Source of the DNA: Malacoraja senta
Taxonomy: Eukaryota
Direction: 5' to 3'
DNA length: 52,842 nt
Assembly: GCA_038087875.1 (NCBI GenBank)
Contig: JAXLNO010000198.1
Coordinates: forward strand, 1-52,842
Positions 1 to 12,790 of this stretch are shown here, piece after piece. The notes beneath the pieces were generated by a model. The model saw only the letters and a list, made by a program, of their open reading frames with translations. It searched no databases and was not told the DNA's origin. The stretch's first letter is position 1; the number at the start of each line of letters is the position of its first letter. A program made the translations under genes and the position numbers.

Positions 1-597
1 ATATCCCTGGATGTTCAGCTCCCAGCCTTGGTCACCCTGGAGCCATGGTCTCCGTGATCCCAACTATATCATAGTCATTAATAGCTATCTGCACATTCAA
101 CTCATCCACCTTATTACGAATGCTCCTTGCATTGAGACACAAAGCCTTCAGGCTTGTTTTTACAACACTCTTACCCCTTATACAATTATGTTGAAAAGTG
201 GCCCTTTTTGATTTTTGCCCTGGTTTTGTCTGTCTTCCACTTTTACTTTTCACCTTGCTACCTATTGCTTCTACCCTCATTTTACACTCCTCTGTCTCAA
301 CGCTCACACATTTAAGAAACCCTTTCCCTTTAACTCCATCCTCCACTATCCCATTCGACACCCCACCCCCCTTATCAGTTTAAAACCACCCGTGTAGCAG
401 TGGCAAACCTGCCTGCCAGAATGCTGGTCCCACACCTGTTAAGATGCAATCCGTCCCTTTTGTACAGTTCCCCCTTACCCCAAAACAGATCCCAGTGATC
501 TAAGAATCTAAATCCCTGCCCCGTGCACCAGTTCCTGAGCCACACGTTCAGGTCCCGTATCTCCCTGTTCCTGCTCTCGCCAGCACGAGGAACTGGC
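1..597 (-). mobile_element. CR1-clade LINE fragment: end of ORF1 (SGNH esterase-like) and start of ORF2 (APE endonuclease); runs off the left edge
   Basis: ORF 375..599 has FRFLDHWDLFWG..LYKRDGLHLN. ORF 32..361 has LNARSIRNK..YDIVGITET. Both are homologous to 18628-20084. Confidence 0.85.
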
Positions 598-1190
598 ATG
601 AATTACTTAATCCCTTTTGTCAATTAATGACTTTCAGGTTTGACAAAGAGGTCTCTCGCTACTATCCTCAGAGATATTTGTGATGGCACTATTAATTGGA
701 TGGCACTATTAATCTCTTGTAGCTCCATGATTTATGGAATTAACAAGGGCATTTCATCTCACAAAGGAAGCCCTTTTTAAATGTCTACTGAAATCTTGTC
801 AGCAACATGCAGCAACTTTTCAACTACTTCTCTTCACTTGAATTTATTTTTAATTTAAATGTTCCTTTTAACAGAAATCCAATCATTTTGGACAATTCTT
901 GTAAGCATTGTAAGCAGAAAAGATGAATGTAAAGCCTCTTACTGAACTGCAACAGGGAACAGAAGTTTGGGAGATGTTTGAAACCTCAAACATCACAGTG
1001 GCTGAGAGAGTTGAAAAAAGATTATCCACGGGAACACAAATTGCCCAGATATTGACAGTCCTTTACCCAGAATAGCACATCTTGTCAAGTAAAAACACTC
1101 TGGAATGCTGACTCCCATCTCCTTGTACATGAAAAATCAAATTGTAAACTCACTCCTATTACTTTTTATCTGTTCATTTATTTTAGTGCG

Positions 1191-1342
1191 TTTATTAGTT
1201 TAGTTTAGTTTAGAGATACAGCGCGTAAACAGGCTCTTCAGCCCACCGAGTGCACACTGACCAGCGATCCCGCACACTAACACTACCCTACACACACGAG
1301 GGACAATTTACACATACACCAAGCCAATTAACCTACAAACCT
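1191..1342 (-). mobile_element. HE1-type V-SINE, 3' fragment
   Basis: (TTTAG)n tail plus AGAGATACAGCGCG..AAACAGGC..GCCCACCGAG, matching the 3' halves of the SINEs at 29503 and 40587. Confidence 0.75.
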
Positions 1343-1407
1343 CGAGTATAAATCTTTTGTAGTGGAGTCTTTGGAGTGGAGTCTTTATAATGAGGAGCCT
1401 TCTGGAA

Positions 1408-3268
1408 ATACATACATAGATACATAGAAAATAGGTGCAGGAGTAGGCCATTCGGCCCTTCGAGCCTGCACCGCCATTCAATATGATCATGGCTGATCAT
1501 CCAACTCAGTATCCCGTACCTGCCTTCTCTCCATACCACCTGATGCCTTTAGCCACAAGGGCCACATCTAACTCCCTCTTAAATATAGCCAATGAACTGG
1601 CCTCAACTACCCTCTGTGGCAGAGAGTTCCAGAGATTCACCACTCTCTGTGTGAAAAAGTTTTTTCTCATCTCGGTCTTAAAGGATTTCCCCTTTATCCT
1701 TAAGCTGTGACCCCTTGTCCTGGACTTCCCCAACATCGGGAAAAATCTTCCTGCATCTAGCCTGTCCAACCCCATAAGAATTCTGTACGTTTCTATAAGA
1801 TCCCCTCTCAATCTCCTAAATTCTAGCGAGTATAAGCCAAGTCTATCCAGTCTTTCTTCATATGAAAGTCCTGACATCCCAGGAATCAGTCTGGTGAACC
1901 TTCTCTGCACTCCCTCTATGGCTATAATGTCCTTCCTCAGATTTGGAGACCAAAACTGTACGCAATACTCCAGGTGTGGTCTCACCAAGACCCTGTACAA
2001 CTGCAGTAGAACCTCCCTGCTCCTATACTCAAATCCTTTTGCTATGAAAGCTAACATACCATTCGCTTTCTTCACTGCCTGCTGCACCTGCATGCCTATT
2101 ATCAATGACTGGTGTACCATGACACCCAGGTCTCGCTGCATCTCCCCTTTTCCTAATCGGCCACCATTTAGATAATAGTCTGCTTTCCTGTTTTTGCCAC
2201 CAAAGTGGATAACCTCACATTTATCCACATTATACTGCATCTGCCAAACATTTGCCAACTCACCCAAGTCACCTTGCAGTCTCCTAGCATCCTCCTCACA
2301 GCTAACACTGTCCCCCAGCTTAGTGTCAACCGCAAACTTGGAGATGTTGCCTTCAATTCCCTCATCCAGTTCATTAATATAAATTGTAAATAGCTGGGGT
2401 CCCAGCACTGAGCCTTGCGGTATCCCACTAGTCACTGCCTGCCATTGTGAAAAGGACCCATTTACCCCTACTCTTTGCTTCCTGTTTGCCAGCCAGTTCT
2501 CTATCCACATCAATACTGTACCCCCAATACCGTGTGCTTTAAGTTTGTATACTAATCTCTTATGTGGGACCTTGTCGAAAGCCTTCTGAAAGTCCAGATA
2601 CAACACATCCACTGGTTCTCCCCTATCCACTCTACTAGTTACATCCTCGAAAAATTCTATAAGATTCGTCAGACATGATTTACCTTTCGTAAATCCATGC
2701 TGACTTTGTCCAATGATTTCACCACTTTCCAAATGTGCTGCTATCCCATCTTTAATAACTGACTCTAGCAGTTTCCCCACTACCGATGTTAGACTAACTG
2801 GTCTGTAATTCCCCGTTTTCTCTCCCCTCCCTTCTTAAAAAGTGGGGTTACGTTTGGTACCCTCCAATCCTCAGGAACTACTCCAGATTCTAAAGAGTTT
2901 TGAAAAATTGTCACTAATGCATTGACTATTTCTGGAGCTACTTCCTTAAGTACTCTGGGATGCAGCCTATCTGGCCCTGGTGATTTATCGGCCTTTAATC
3001 CATTCAATTTACCCAACACCACTTCCTGACTAACCTGGATTTCACTCAGTTCCTCATCTCCTTTGACCCGCGGTCCCCTGCTATTTCCGGCAGATTATTT
3101 ATGTCTTCCTTAGTGAAGACGGAACCAAAGTAGTTATTCAATTGGTCCGCCATATCCTTGTTCCCCATGATCAATTCACCTGTTTCTGACTGCAAGGGAC
3201 CTACATTTGTTTTAACTAATCTCTTTCTCTTCACATATCTATAAAAACTTTTGCAGCCAGTTTTTTAT
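1408..3268 (-). mobile_element. 5'-truncated young CR1 LINE
   Basis: RT ORF, CR1 3' UTR and (TCTATGTA)n-type tail at 1408-1430. Confidence 0.92.
1506..2780 (-). pseudogene. CR1 ORF2 reverse transcriptase and C-terminal part (424 aa open; catalytic FADD changed to FAVD)
   Basis: QHGF..KSCLTNL, YLDFQKAFDKVPH, GIPQGSVLGP, SKFAVDTKL and RPHLEYCVQFWSP motifs. Confidence 0.9.
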
Positions 3269-5107
3269 GTGTGGGTTGGTGATGGGGAGGTGAAGGTGGG
3301 GAGGGGGGGGTTGTGGGTGAGGGGGAGGTGAGGATGGGGGGTAGGTGTGGGTGAGGGGGAGGTGAGGGTGGGGGGGTTGTGGGTGAGGGGGAGGTGTGGG
3401 TGGGGGGGAGGTGAGGGTGGGGCGGGTTGTGGGTGGGGGGCGTTGTGGGTGAGGGGGAGGTGAGGGTGCGGGGGGGTTGTGGGTGAGGGGGAGGTGAGGG
3501 TGGGGGGGTTGTGGGTGGGGGGAGGTGAGGGTGGGGGGGTTGTGGGTGGGGGGAGTTGTGGGTGAGGGGGAGGTGAGGGTGGGGGGGGGTTGTGGGTGAA
3601 GGGTAGGTGTGGGTGGGGGGGTTGGGGGGGAGGTGAGGGTGGGGGAAGTGGGGGAGGAGTGGGTGGGGGGGTTGTGGGTGAGGGGGAGGTGAGGAGGGGG
3701 AGGAGGGGGAGGTGTGGGTGGGGGGGGAGGTGTGGGTGGGGGGGATTGTGGGGGTGTGGTTGTGGGGGTGGTGAGGTGTGGGCGGAGAAGGGGGGGTGGG
3801 TTGAGGGGAGTGTGTGTGTGGGCGGGGGGGGTTGTGGGAGGAGGGGGGGTTGTGGGGATGGGTTGTGTGGGTGGGAGAAGGGTGTGGGGGAGAAGGGTGT
3901 GTGTGGGTGGGGGGGGGGGTTTATGGGGTAGGGTGGTGTGTGGGCAGGGGGGTGTTGTGGGGGTGGTGTGGGTGGGGGGGTTGAAGGGGGGGAGGGGGGG
4001 TGTGGTCAGCAGGGGTTATGTGAGGGGAGGGGTGTTGCGTGGGGGTGGGGGGAGGGAGACGGTTGAGTGGGCAGGTGGTTGGGTGGGAGGGGCATGTGTA
4101 GGTGGCGTTGTTTGAGGGGGTGTTGGGGGAGAGGGGTGTGTGGGCAGGGGGTGTGTGGGGGGAAGGTTGTGGGGGGTGTTGGGGGGTGGGCGGGGGGGGA
4201 CTGGGGTGTGTGGATGGGGGGACGGGTTCTGGGCGGGGGGAGTGTAGGTGGGTTGTGGGGGGTTTGTGCAGGTGTGTAGGTGGGGTGTGTGGGCGGGGGG
4301 AGTGTGGGGTCTGGGCAGGGGGGTGTGGGTCGGGGTTGTGGGGGAGTGTGGGCAGGAGGGAATGTGGTGTATGGGCGGGGGGAGGGGTGTGTGGGTGGGG
4401 GAGGGCGGTCTGGGCGGGGTTGGTGTGGGAGGACGGGTGTGGTGTCGTGGGGCAGGGGGGGGGTTGTGGGGGCGCGGGTGGGGGGATCTGGGTTGGGGGA
4501 TGTGTGTGGGGGTGGGGGGTTTGTGGGGGAGGAGTTTGTGTGGGTGGGAGGGGAGAGAGAGAGAGCTTGGAGAGAGGGGGGTATTAGGGGGGAGGGCAGC
4601 AGGAGTCAGCGAGGGGGACCAGAGGGGAGGGGCAGGAGTTGGCTGTGCGATGGGAACTCACCGCGGGTGCTGGTCGCTGGACGTTCCCTTCCGCCGGGAT
4701 CAGATTCTCCGCTTTCCGTTTGGCGACATCTCCCGGGCCGGGCCTCTTCCAGTCCCTCCGAAAATTGTGTCCGGTTGGAATCCTCCGCCGGCCATCCTCG
4801 GCTCTAGTAAAGGTGTGATGGCGCACGAAGGGGCGGTCTGAGAAAATTGGTATTGAGAAAATACCAATCCACGCGGCTCTGACTGGCAGGAGAGGAGATC
4901 AATCTGCACACGCACGGTTTTTAAGATTTTTAAACCTCGCTAACTTTTACAATAGACCACTGATCAGAACAAAACTTGTTGCACCCGCAGCACAGGAGAA
5001 CAGTGCGGGAGCTGGTGGAAAATCGTAGCGCTATCACGTACCATTTTTGCGCAAATAGAAAGACCAGGCAAACCGGAAGAGCACAAGATCAGAATTTTAG
5101 TTATGCA
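3269..5107 (-). mobile_element. Non-autonomous Helitron-like element, family B, 3'-truncated, with ~1.3 kb G/T-rich low-complexity interior (3269-4583)
   Basis: 4584-5107 is homologous to 26203-26700, 47100-47513 and 50870-51380 (ATAACTAAAA(C/T)TCTGATCTTGTGCTCTTCC 5' module). Confidence 0.65.
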
Positions 5108-5540
5108 CTAGTCTAAGTGGGACCCGTTGGGACCCAGCCACATGGGAGGCCAGGACCCCCAAAGCAACCCATTCCCCAACGCAATATTCCACCACTCACC
5201 CATAGCCCCTAACTGCGCAGGCGTGGCTGAAGGGTTCCCGTTGTGATGCCCCTGATCCAGCCTCCTCCCCTCACCACCCTCCCCCCCCACTATGCCTCTT
5301 GCCCTTCCCCCCACGCACTCACTCCACCCCCTCTCAAACCGCCCCCCCATCCATTCTTAGCGACTCTCCGGCCATTCCCACCCATTGGGTTCTCGTGATG
5401 TAGAACACACAGGTATTACTGCGCTGGCGCAGCTGACGGGCACGGCAAGTGGAAAAGGGATTTATTGAAGCTTAAAATGTGAATAACTCTTAAAATATAA
5501 CAACAATTTAAACGTGAAAGATGAGATTTAGTCAGTCCAT
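5108..5540 (-). mobile_element. Short non-autonomous Helitron-like element (family C) abutting the family B 5' end
   Basis: The minus strand ends GGGTCCCAACGGGTCCCACTTAGACTAG (imperfect hairpin plus CTAG at 5108-5111) and shares the 3' module of 27290-27396 and 45554-45750. The 5' boundary is uncertain. Confidence 0.6.
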
Positions 5541-5570
5541 TCTTTCTTGTTGCGTCTCTTGTTGCTTTTT

Positions 5571-5955
5571 GCAGCCGGGTGACGGCTTCAGGCTGGGGCT
5601 GTCGGTGCCGGTGGGGGAAGCATCCTGCAGCCGGGGAGGGTGACGGCTTCAGGCGGGGCCTGTTGGGGGGGGGAGGCGCTGCTACGTCCTACCACTGCCG
5701 TTGCCTGCCACTGCCTGCCGCTGCATTGCTCCCCACTGGCTTCATGTGGGGAACGGTGGGGAGCATCCTGTAGCTGGGGCAGGGGGGTGGCTTCAGGCTG
5801 GGGCCGGCCGGGAGTGTGCTGTAGCCGGGGGAGGGGGACGGCTTCAGGCTGGGGCCGGCCGGGAGTGTGCTGTAGCCAGGGGAGGGGGACGGCTTCAGGC
5901 TGGGGCCGGCCGGGAGTGTGCTGTAGCCGGGGGAGGGGGACGGCTTCTGGCTGGG
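5571..5955. repeat. GC-rich 51-bp minisatellite (~3.7 good copies plus degenerate ones)
   Basis: GGAGTGTGCTGTAGCC(G/A)GGGGAGGGGGACGGCTTCAGGCTGGGGCCGGCCG at 5811 and 5862, and a partial copy at 5913. Confidence 0.9.
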
Positions 5956-6970
5956 TCCTGCCTCTCCCCTTTTCCAGCTTTCTTCTCTTCCTCTGCAATC
6001 TGTCTGAAGAAGATTTTCAACCCAAAATGTTACCTATTCATGTTCTCCAGGCATGCTGCTGGACCCATTGAGTTACACCAGCACTTTGTGTCCTTTTGTA
6101 AAAATGGCTTTGCCCGACCTCATCCAGATATAGCTCTTGCCTCAGTTCAAAGAATAATAAGAATCCCTTCTCATTATTCTTATCTACCTGGCTGGATAAT
6201 GTGCCAAAATATGTCGTGGGCTTCAACTGACGTGGTGAGACCCTCTAAACCATAGTTTGATTAATTTTTTAGAACATACACTGGAAATTCTCAGCAGGTT
6301 ATCAAACTGTGAAGAGAGAGGTGGTGTTAATATTTCAGGTTAATGTCCCTTCACCAAAATTGTCAGTGATCAAAACATAAACATTTTTCTCCGATTAAAT
6401 GTAGAATATTTTCAACATTTGTCTGTTTATTTAGAATTACTAGCATTCACACTATTTTGCTTTAATGGTCTTCCAGAAAAGTTATACACATTTTTTTATA
6501 AGATTACAGAATTGAAGGCTGAGTGCTGGCGATAAATGATGTCACAGATTTACAACAGGAAAGGGATACAGTAATGTAGTGGTGATGATTTTGGACTAAT
6601 ACACAGATTTTTTTCATTGCAACTTCCACTCTGGTAGCTGGAGAACTTAAATTTAAGTAAATAAATTAATTTTGATATAAAAACTTAAATCAGTAACATT
6701 GACTATGACTGCAAAAAAACATAAAAGTGTTATCCCTCAAAACCTCCCAATTCTATTTCGCTCCCCCCCTTCTCTCCTCTTGTGCTCCACCTGGACTCCA
6801 ACGTAATTCTCCCCCCCACTCTCCCCTCTCCTCACACTCCTGCCAATCTGCCAATCCGCAACTCTCCAAACCTTTCTCACACCTTCCTTCCTTTCTTATA
6901 TTTGTCCTACGTTCCCTCGCCCATGTCGACCTATTACCTGCCACACAGGTCCTGCTTCTCCACTTTCTCA
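5955..6970 (+). repeat. Unit 1 of a ~1.0-1.13 kb local tandem triplication made of old Penelope, SINE and LINE remnants
   Basis: Colinear homology with 20504-21636 and 21637-22285 (e.g. TTTCAACCCAAAATG..ACCTATTCATGTTCTCCAGGCATGCTGCTGG; ATTACAGAATTGA(A/G)GGCTGAGT). Confidence 0.88.
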
Positions 6971-8920
6971 GATAGCCTGGCGCTGCTGAGAGATACCATT
7001 GCCACGTGGAGGACAGACGGGTGGATGCCTGCCCAGTCATCTTGGACCAGGAGAAGGCTTTCGACAGGATATCGCACACGTACCTGAGGGACGTGCTCTC
7101 CAAAATGGGCTTTGGGGAGGGAATCAGAAATTGGATCCAACTGCTCTACACCGATATCTGTAGTGCAGTCCAAATCATTGGGTGGGAATCAGACAGCTTC
7201 CCCATCAGGTCTCGAGTCAGGCAGGGTTGCCCTCTCTCCCCTGTCTTGTTCGTCTGTGGTATTGAATCTTTGGCCGAGTCTATCAGGAAGGACGTGAGCA
7301 TATGAGAAGGCAGTGGGGGCACTTGGGACAAAACCACCCTGTACATGGAAGATGTCACAGTCTTCTGTTCGGATCCAGGTTCGGTCCGCAGATTGATTAG
7401 CATCTGCGACCAGTTTGAGTCAGACACGGGAGCCAAGGTGAACAGCAGGAAGAGCGACGCCATGGTCTTTGGCAACTGGCCTGACAGATCTTCTATCCCC
7501 TTCACCATCAAGCCTGACTTCTTGAAGGTGCTGGGGATCTGGTTCGGGGGGGCTGAGGCGTGTGACAAGAATTGGCTGGAGCGGAAAGCCAAGGGGGGAA
7601 GAAGCTGGAGCTGTGGAAGCAACGCTCCCTCTCTATAACGGGGAAAAGTTTGGTCATCAGGTGTGAGGTACTTTCGTGGCTGCTGTACTTGGTGCAAGTG
7701 TGGCCTGTCCCTCCCTCCTACGCCGCAGGGATCACCTGGGCCGTCTTCCAGTTCATCTGGGGGTCGAGGATGGACCGGGTGCACCGGGCCACAATGCACG
7801 TCTGCAGACAGCAGGGGTAAAAGCATGCCCAACGTCACCCTCACCTGATGGCCAACTTCGTGTGTGACTGCATCAGGCGGAGCGTAGAGCCAAGGCATGT
7901 GGGCACTGTGTCACTACCTGCTGAGGTTCTACCTGTCCCCGGTGTAGCGAAGGATGGGCCTGGCGCAGATGCCACGCAATGTGCCAGTCAGCTGGACATT
8001 GCCGCACCATCTGTCGCTCGTGGAAAGGTTCTTCCGGACCAACACCTTTGATCACATGTCCATCGGTCAGTGGTCAGCACGGAACAACCTGCAGGCACTG
8101 CAGGGAAATGACTCCATGGATCCGGTGGCGTGGTTCCCAGAGCAGACTGCCCAGCTTGTCTGGCGAAATGCCTCATCGCCAGAACTCACCAACAAGCACC
8201 AAGACCTGGCTTGGCTGACGGTGAGGGGAGGCCTCCCAGTCAGATCCTTCCTGCACCGTCGGAACATCACCATCAACGCACGCTGCCTTCAGGACGGTTG
8301 CTATGGAGAGGAGACGGTTGCCCACCTCTTTGCAGAGTGTGGATTTGCAAAGAGAGTCTAGAGAGGTTTGCAAGGGTCCCTGTCATGGTTTATTCCGAAC
8401 AGCACCGTCACAGAGGACACTGTTATTTACGGACTGTTCCCAGGGACGCATTCAGAGACTGACATTGAGTGCTGCTGGAAGGTCATCAACTCGGTGAAAG
8501 ACGCTCTTTGGTCTGCCCGAGCGTTGTTGACCACCCAGCGGAGCGAGATGTCCGTCGGGGAACATTGCCGACTGGCCCGTTGCAGACTGCTGACTGCAGG
8601 AGTACATGCTGAGGGGCGCATTGAAGCTTGGTGCAGCCAACGCCAAGGCTCGGTGGGGGAGGACCACAGTCTAAGGCACTTCCGCTGCTGGACATGAGGG
8701 ACAGGGCATGGTGGAGAGGCCCCTGAAAATAAGGGAAGGCCAGTGGGCCACATGAGTGGCAAAGGGTGGGGGGATAAATTTGTGAAATTTGAGCAATGTT
8801 TGTAAACAGTATTGAATGTTTGTATAGCCTCCGAAAATGTCGGATGATTTTTTTTACACAGTTCATGTATTGTATATATTTATTCCCTGAATAAAGTCTA
8901 TTTTGAAATTGAAAAAAAAA
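6971..8920 (+). mobile_element. 5'-truncated Tx1-clade (L1 group) LINE: degenerate RT and C-terminal Zn knuckle, poly(A) end
   Basis: LDQEKAFDRISHTYL, VRQGCPLSP, YMED, LKVLGIWF, C..GC..EETVAHLFAEC; AATAAA at 8890 and A9 at 8912-8920. The interrupted tandem unit resumes at 8921. Confidence 0.85.
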
Positions 8921-9685
8921 CTTTTCCAGCTTTCTTCTCCTCTGCAATTTATCTGAAGAAGAGTTTCAATAGACAATAGACAATAGATAATAGGTGCAGG
9001 AGTAGGCCCTTCGGTCCTTCGAACCGGCACCGCCATTCAATGTGATCATGGCTGATCATCCCTAATCAGTACCCTGTTCCTGCCTTCTCCCCATATCCCC
9101 TCACTCCGCTATCTTTAAGAGGCATATCTAGCTCTCTCTTGAAAGTATCCTGAGAACCGGCCTCCACTGCCCTCTGAGGCAGAGAATTCCACAGACTCAC
9201 AACTCTCTGTGAAAAAGTCTTTCCTCATCTCCGTTCTAAATGGCTTACCCCTTATTCTCAAACTGTGGCCCCTTGTTCTGGACTCCCCCAACATCGGGAA
9301 AATGTTTACTGCCTCTAGCGTGTCGAAACCCTTAATAATCTTATGTTTCAATAAGATCCCTTCTCATCCTTCTAAACTCCAGAGTATACAAGCCCAGCCG
9401 CTCCATTCTCTCAGCATATGATGGTCCCACCATCCCTGGAATTAACCTTGTAAACGTATGCTGCACTTCCTCAATATCAAGAAAGTCCTTCCTCAAATTA
9501 GGGGACCAAAACTGCACACAATACTCCAGGTGTGGTCTCACTAGGGCCTATACAACAGCAGAAGGACCTCTTTGCTCCTACACTCAACTCCTCTTGTTAT
9601 GAAGGCCAACATGCCATTCGCTTTCTTCACTGCCTGCTGTACCTGCATACTTACTTTCATTGACTGATGAACAAGGACCCCCAGA

Positions 9686-9898
9686 CTATGGGTGAACTGG
9701 GGTTGGGGACTGGACTTTGTGCCTTCCCTCATGGTGGGAGCCATTGTGGGGGGGGTGTTCTTTGTGTTAAGACTCTCTTGGTGTTATGTCTGTATTCTCT
9801 TCTTTTGTGTGCTGCATAATGGCAAGAAGCATTTCACTTCACTACACCTGGGTGTATGTGAATGTGACTAATAAAAATACTTTACCTTTACTTTAGAT
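9686..9898 (+). mobile_element. 3' tail of a Rex1/RTE-X-like retroposon inserted in CR1
   Basis: It interrupts CR1 CCCCAGA|TCCCATTG and ends CATTTCAC..GTGTATGTGAATGTGACTAATAAA plus (TACTT/TACCTT)n. Confidence 0.5.
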
Positions 9899-10902
9899 CC
9901 CATTGTACTTACCCTTTTCCCAACTTGACACCATTTAGATAATAATCTGCCTTCCTGTTTTTGTTACCAAAGTGGATAACCTCACATTTATCCACATTAA
10001 ACTGCATCTGCCATGCATCTGCCCACTCACCCAACCTGTCCAAATCACCCTGCATTCTCATAACATTCTCCTCACAGTTCACACTGCCATTCAGCTTTAT
10101 GTCATCTGCAAATTTGCTAATGTTACTTTGAATCCCTTCATCTAAATCTTTGATGTATATTGTAAATAGTTGAGGTGTCAGCACCGAGCCTTGCGGTACC
10201 CCACTAGTTACTGCCTGCCATTCTGAAAGGGACCCGTTAATCCCTACTCTTTGTTTCCTGTCTGCCAACCAATTTTCTATCCATGTCAGCATTCTACCCC
10301 CAATACCATGTGCCCTAATTTTGCCCACTAATCTCCTATGTGGGACCTTATTAAATGCTTTCTGAAAGTCCAGGTACATTACATCCATTGGCTCTCCCTT
10401 GTCCATTTACATCCTCAAAAAATTCCTGAAGATTAATCAAGCATGATTTCCCCTTCGTAAATCCATGCTGACTCGGACTGATCCTGTTGCTGCTATCCAA
10501 ATGTGCCGCTATTTCATCTTTTATGATTGACTCCAGCATCTTCCTCACCACCGATGTCAGGCGAACTGGTCTATAATTCCCAGTTTTCTCTCTCCCGCCT
10601 TTCTTAAAAAGTGGGATAACATTAGCTACACTCCAATCCACAGGAACAGATCCTGAATATATAGAACACTGGAAAATTATCACCAATGCATCCACAATTT
10701 CTAGAGCCACTTCCTTTAGTACCCTGGGATGCAGACCATCAGGCCCTGGGGATTTATCAGCCTTCAGTCCCATCAGTCTACCCAACACGATTTCCTGCCT
10801 AATATGGATTTCCTTCAGTTCCTCCAACAACTTAGATCCTCTGGCAACCAGTACATCAGGAAGATTGTTTGTGTCCTCCTTAGTGAGGACAGATCCAAAG
10901 TA

Positions 10903-11022
10903 TTTAAGAAGGATCTGCAGACCCTGGGAAATCGAAGGTAGACAAAAGTGCTGGAGAAACTCCCTGCAGCATCTATGGAGCGAAGGAAATAGGCAACGTT
11001 TCGGGCCGAAACCCTTCTTCAG
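10903..11022 (-). mobile_element. Penelope-type terminal-repeat fragment with a hammerhead-like 5' end, 13-bp TSD
   Basis: CAGATCCAAAGTA at 10890-10902 and 11020-11032. The minus strand reads CTGAAGAAGGGTTTCGGCCCGAAACGTTGCC..GATGCTGC..CTCCAGCACTTTTG. Confidence 0.7.
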
Positions 11023-11476
11023 ATCCAAAGTACCTGTTCAACTCATCTGCCATTTCTTTGTTCCCCATAATAAATTCACCTTTTTCAGTCTTCAAGGGTC
11101 CAACTTTGGTCTTAATTAATTTTTTCCTCTTCACATGGCTAAAGAAGCTTTTACTATCCTCCTTTATATTCTTGGCTAGCTTACCTTCGTACCTCATCTT
11201 TTCTCCCTGTATTGCCTTTTTAGTTATCTTCTGTTGCTCTTTAAACATTACCCAATCCTCTTGCTTCCCGCTCATCTTTGCTTCTTATCTTTTATTTTTA
11301 TATTGTCCCTGACGTCCCTTGTCAGCCACGGTCGCCCCTTACTCCTCTTGGAATCTTTCTTCCTCTTTGGAATGAACTGATCCTGCACCTTCTGTATTAT
11401 TCCCAGAAATAACTGCCATTGTTGTTCCACTGTCATCCCTGCTAGGGTATCTTTCCAGTCAACTTTGGCCAGCTCC

Positions 11477-12790
11477 CACAATACGAATTTGGAAACAAAT
11501 AAAACTAACTCTCAAATTAAGAAATCTATCGCTTCCCTCTCCTATAGTTAATAATCCTTCGTTTAAACCATCTATTATTGATAAAACGTTTACTCATTGG
11601 GATAGAATAGGAATTAAAACGTTCGGAGACATGTATGAAATGGGAAATCTCTTATCATTCCAACAATTGCAACTTAAATACAACCTGAAAAGTAATCAGT
11701 ATTTTAAATGCCTTCAAATTCGAGATTACTTGAAAAAACATACACAAGAATATCTAACTCTGACCTCAGATCTATTAGATGAAGGCATGAATAAAAAGGC
11801 GGAATTAAATAATTTAATATCATACTTGTATAATATCATTCTAAATATAGAAATACCATCGTCAGATGCAATTAGAAGAGAGTGGGAACAAGAACTATCT
11901 ATAAAAATTTCGAAAGACAGATGGGATAAATATTTGCTATATGTACACAAATGTTCAATTAATGTAAGACATACCTTAATTCAATTAAAAATTTTACATA
12001 GACTATATTACTAAAACTAAACTGAACTCATTTTTTCCAAAGGTTTCTCCCATCTGTAATAAATGTTTATCCCAAGATGCAACTATAGCACACTCCTTTG
12101 TCACCTGCATAAAACTTCATAAATTTTTGAAAGAAATTTTTGAAATCTTCACAAAATTATTTAAAATAAAATTGGACCCCAACACAGAATTGATTATTTT
12201 TGGAATAATGGAAGCCGGCTCTGAGCTGACTTCAATCCAAAATTGTCTCCTTAACTATGGCTTGATAACGGCAAAAAATCTTATACTCAAATTCTGGAAA
12301 AATGCACCCACCCCAACGCTTAAAATGTGGATTTCAAGCATGTCTGAAATGTTACATCTCGAAGATATAAGATTCGTCCTAGCAGGTAAAGTAGACCAAT
12401 TCTTAAAGATTTGGTCTCCTTTTATCGACATTACAAGCATATGGTGCAACATAACCCTGGAAATTAACTGTTTCAGAACTGGGTGAGGGGTGTAGAAAGA
12501 TATGAAGCAGGTATATTCCTTTTCCCTTTTATTTTTGTTTTGGTTTCTTATTTTCTTTTTCTCTCTTTTTTTTCTCGTTCTTTATATCTTTACGGGTTCT
12601 TTCTCTCTATTCTTTCACGAACTATCAATATCACTACTTTACTTAACTTTCTCTTTCCCTCTTTTTCTTGCTTCTGTTACTTCTCTTTTATTACATTTAA
12701 AACAAGAAGTTGTATACGAAATGTATTATGTTGTACACGGTTTATACTACTGTACATTGCTTCTAATAAAAATATTAATTAAAAAAAAAA
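11477..12790 (+). mobile_element. 5'-truncated L1-clade LINE (ORF2 C-terminus, U-rich 3'UTR, poly(A)), 14-16 bp TSD
   Basis: YFKCLQIRDYL, EWEQEL, QLKILHRLYY, CNKC..AHSFVTC knuckle; AATAAA and A10. AACTTTGGCCAGCTCC at 11461-11476 and 12789-12804. Confidence 0.88.

Noticed and set aside
3590..4841. Gly/Val/Trp/Cys-rich ORFs (also the Pro/His/Thr- and Gly-rich ORFs at 45642-47492, 26652-27455, 50479-51035 and 52065-52628)
   Set aside because: These are by-products of stop-poor G-rich low-complexity DNA, open in several frames and without domains.
5588..6255. ORFs with 17-aa repeats (QPEAVPLPRLQHTPGRP)
   Set aside because: They translate a 51-bp minisatellite open on both strands and run into repeat remnants; no exon context is evident.
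10351..11028. CR1 ORF with an apparently novel N-terminus (MDLKKGFGPKRCLF...)
   Set aside because: The N-terminus is read-through of the 120-bp Penelope-type insertion.
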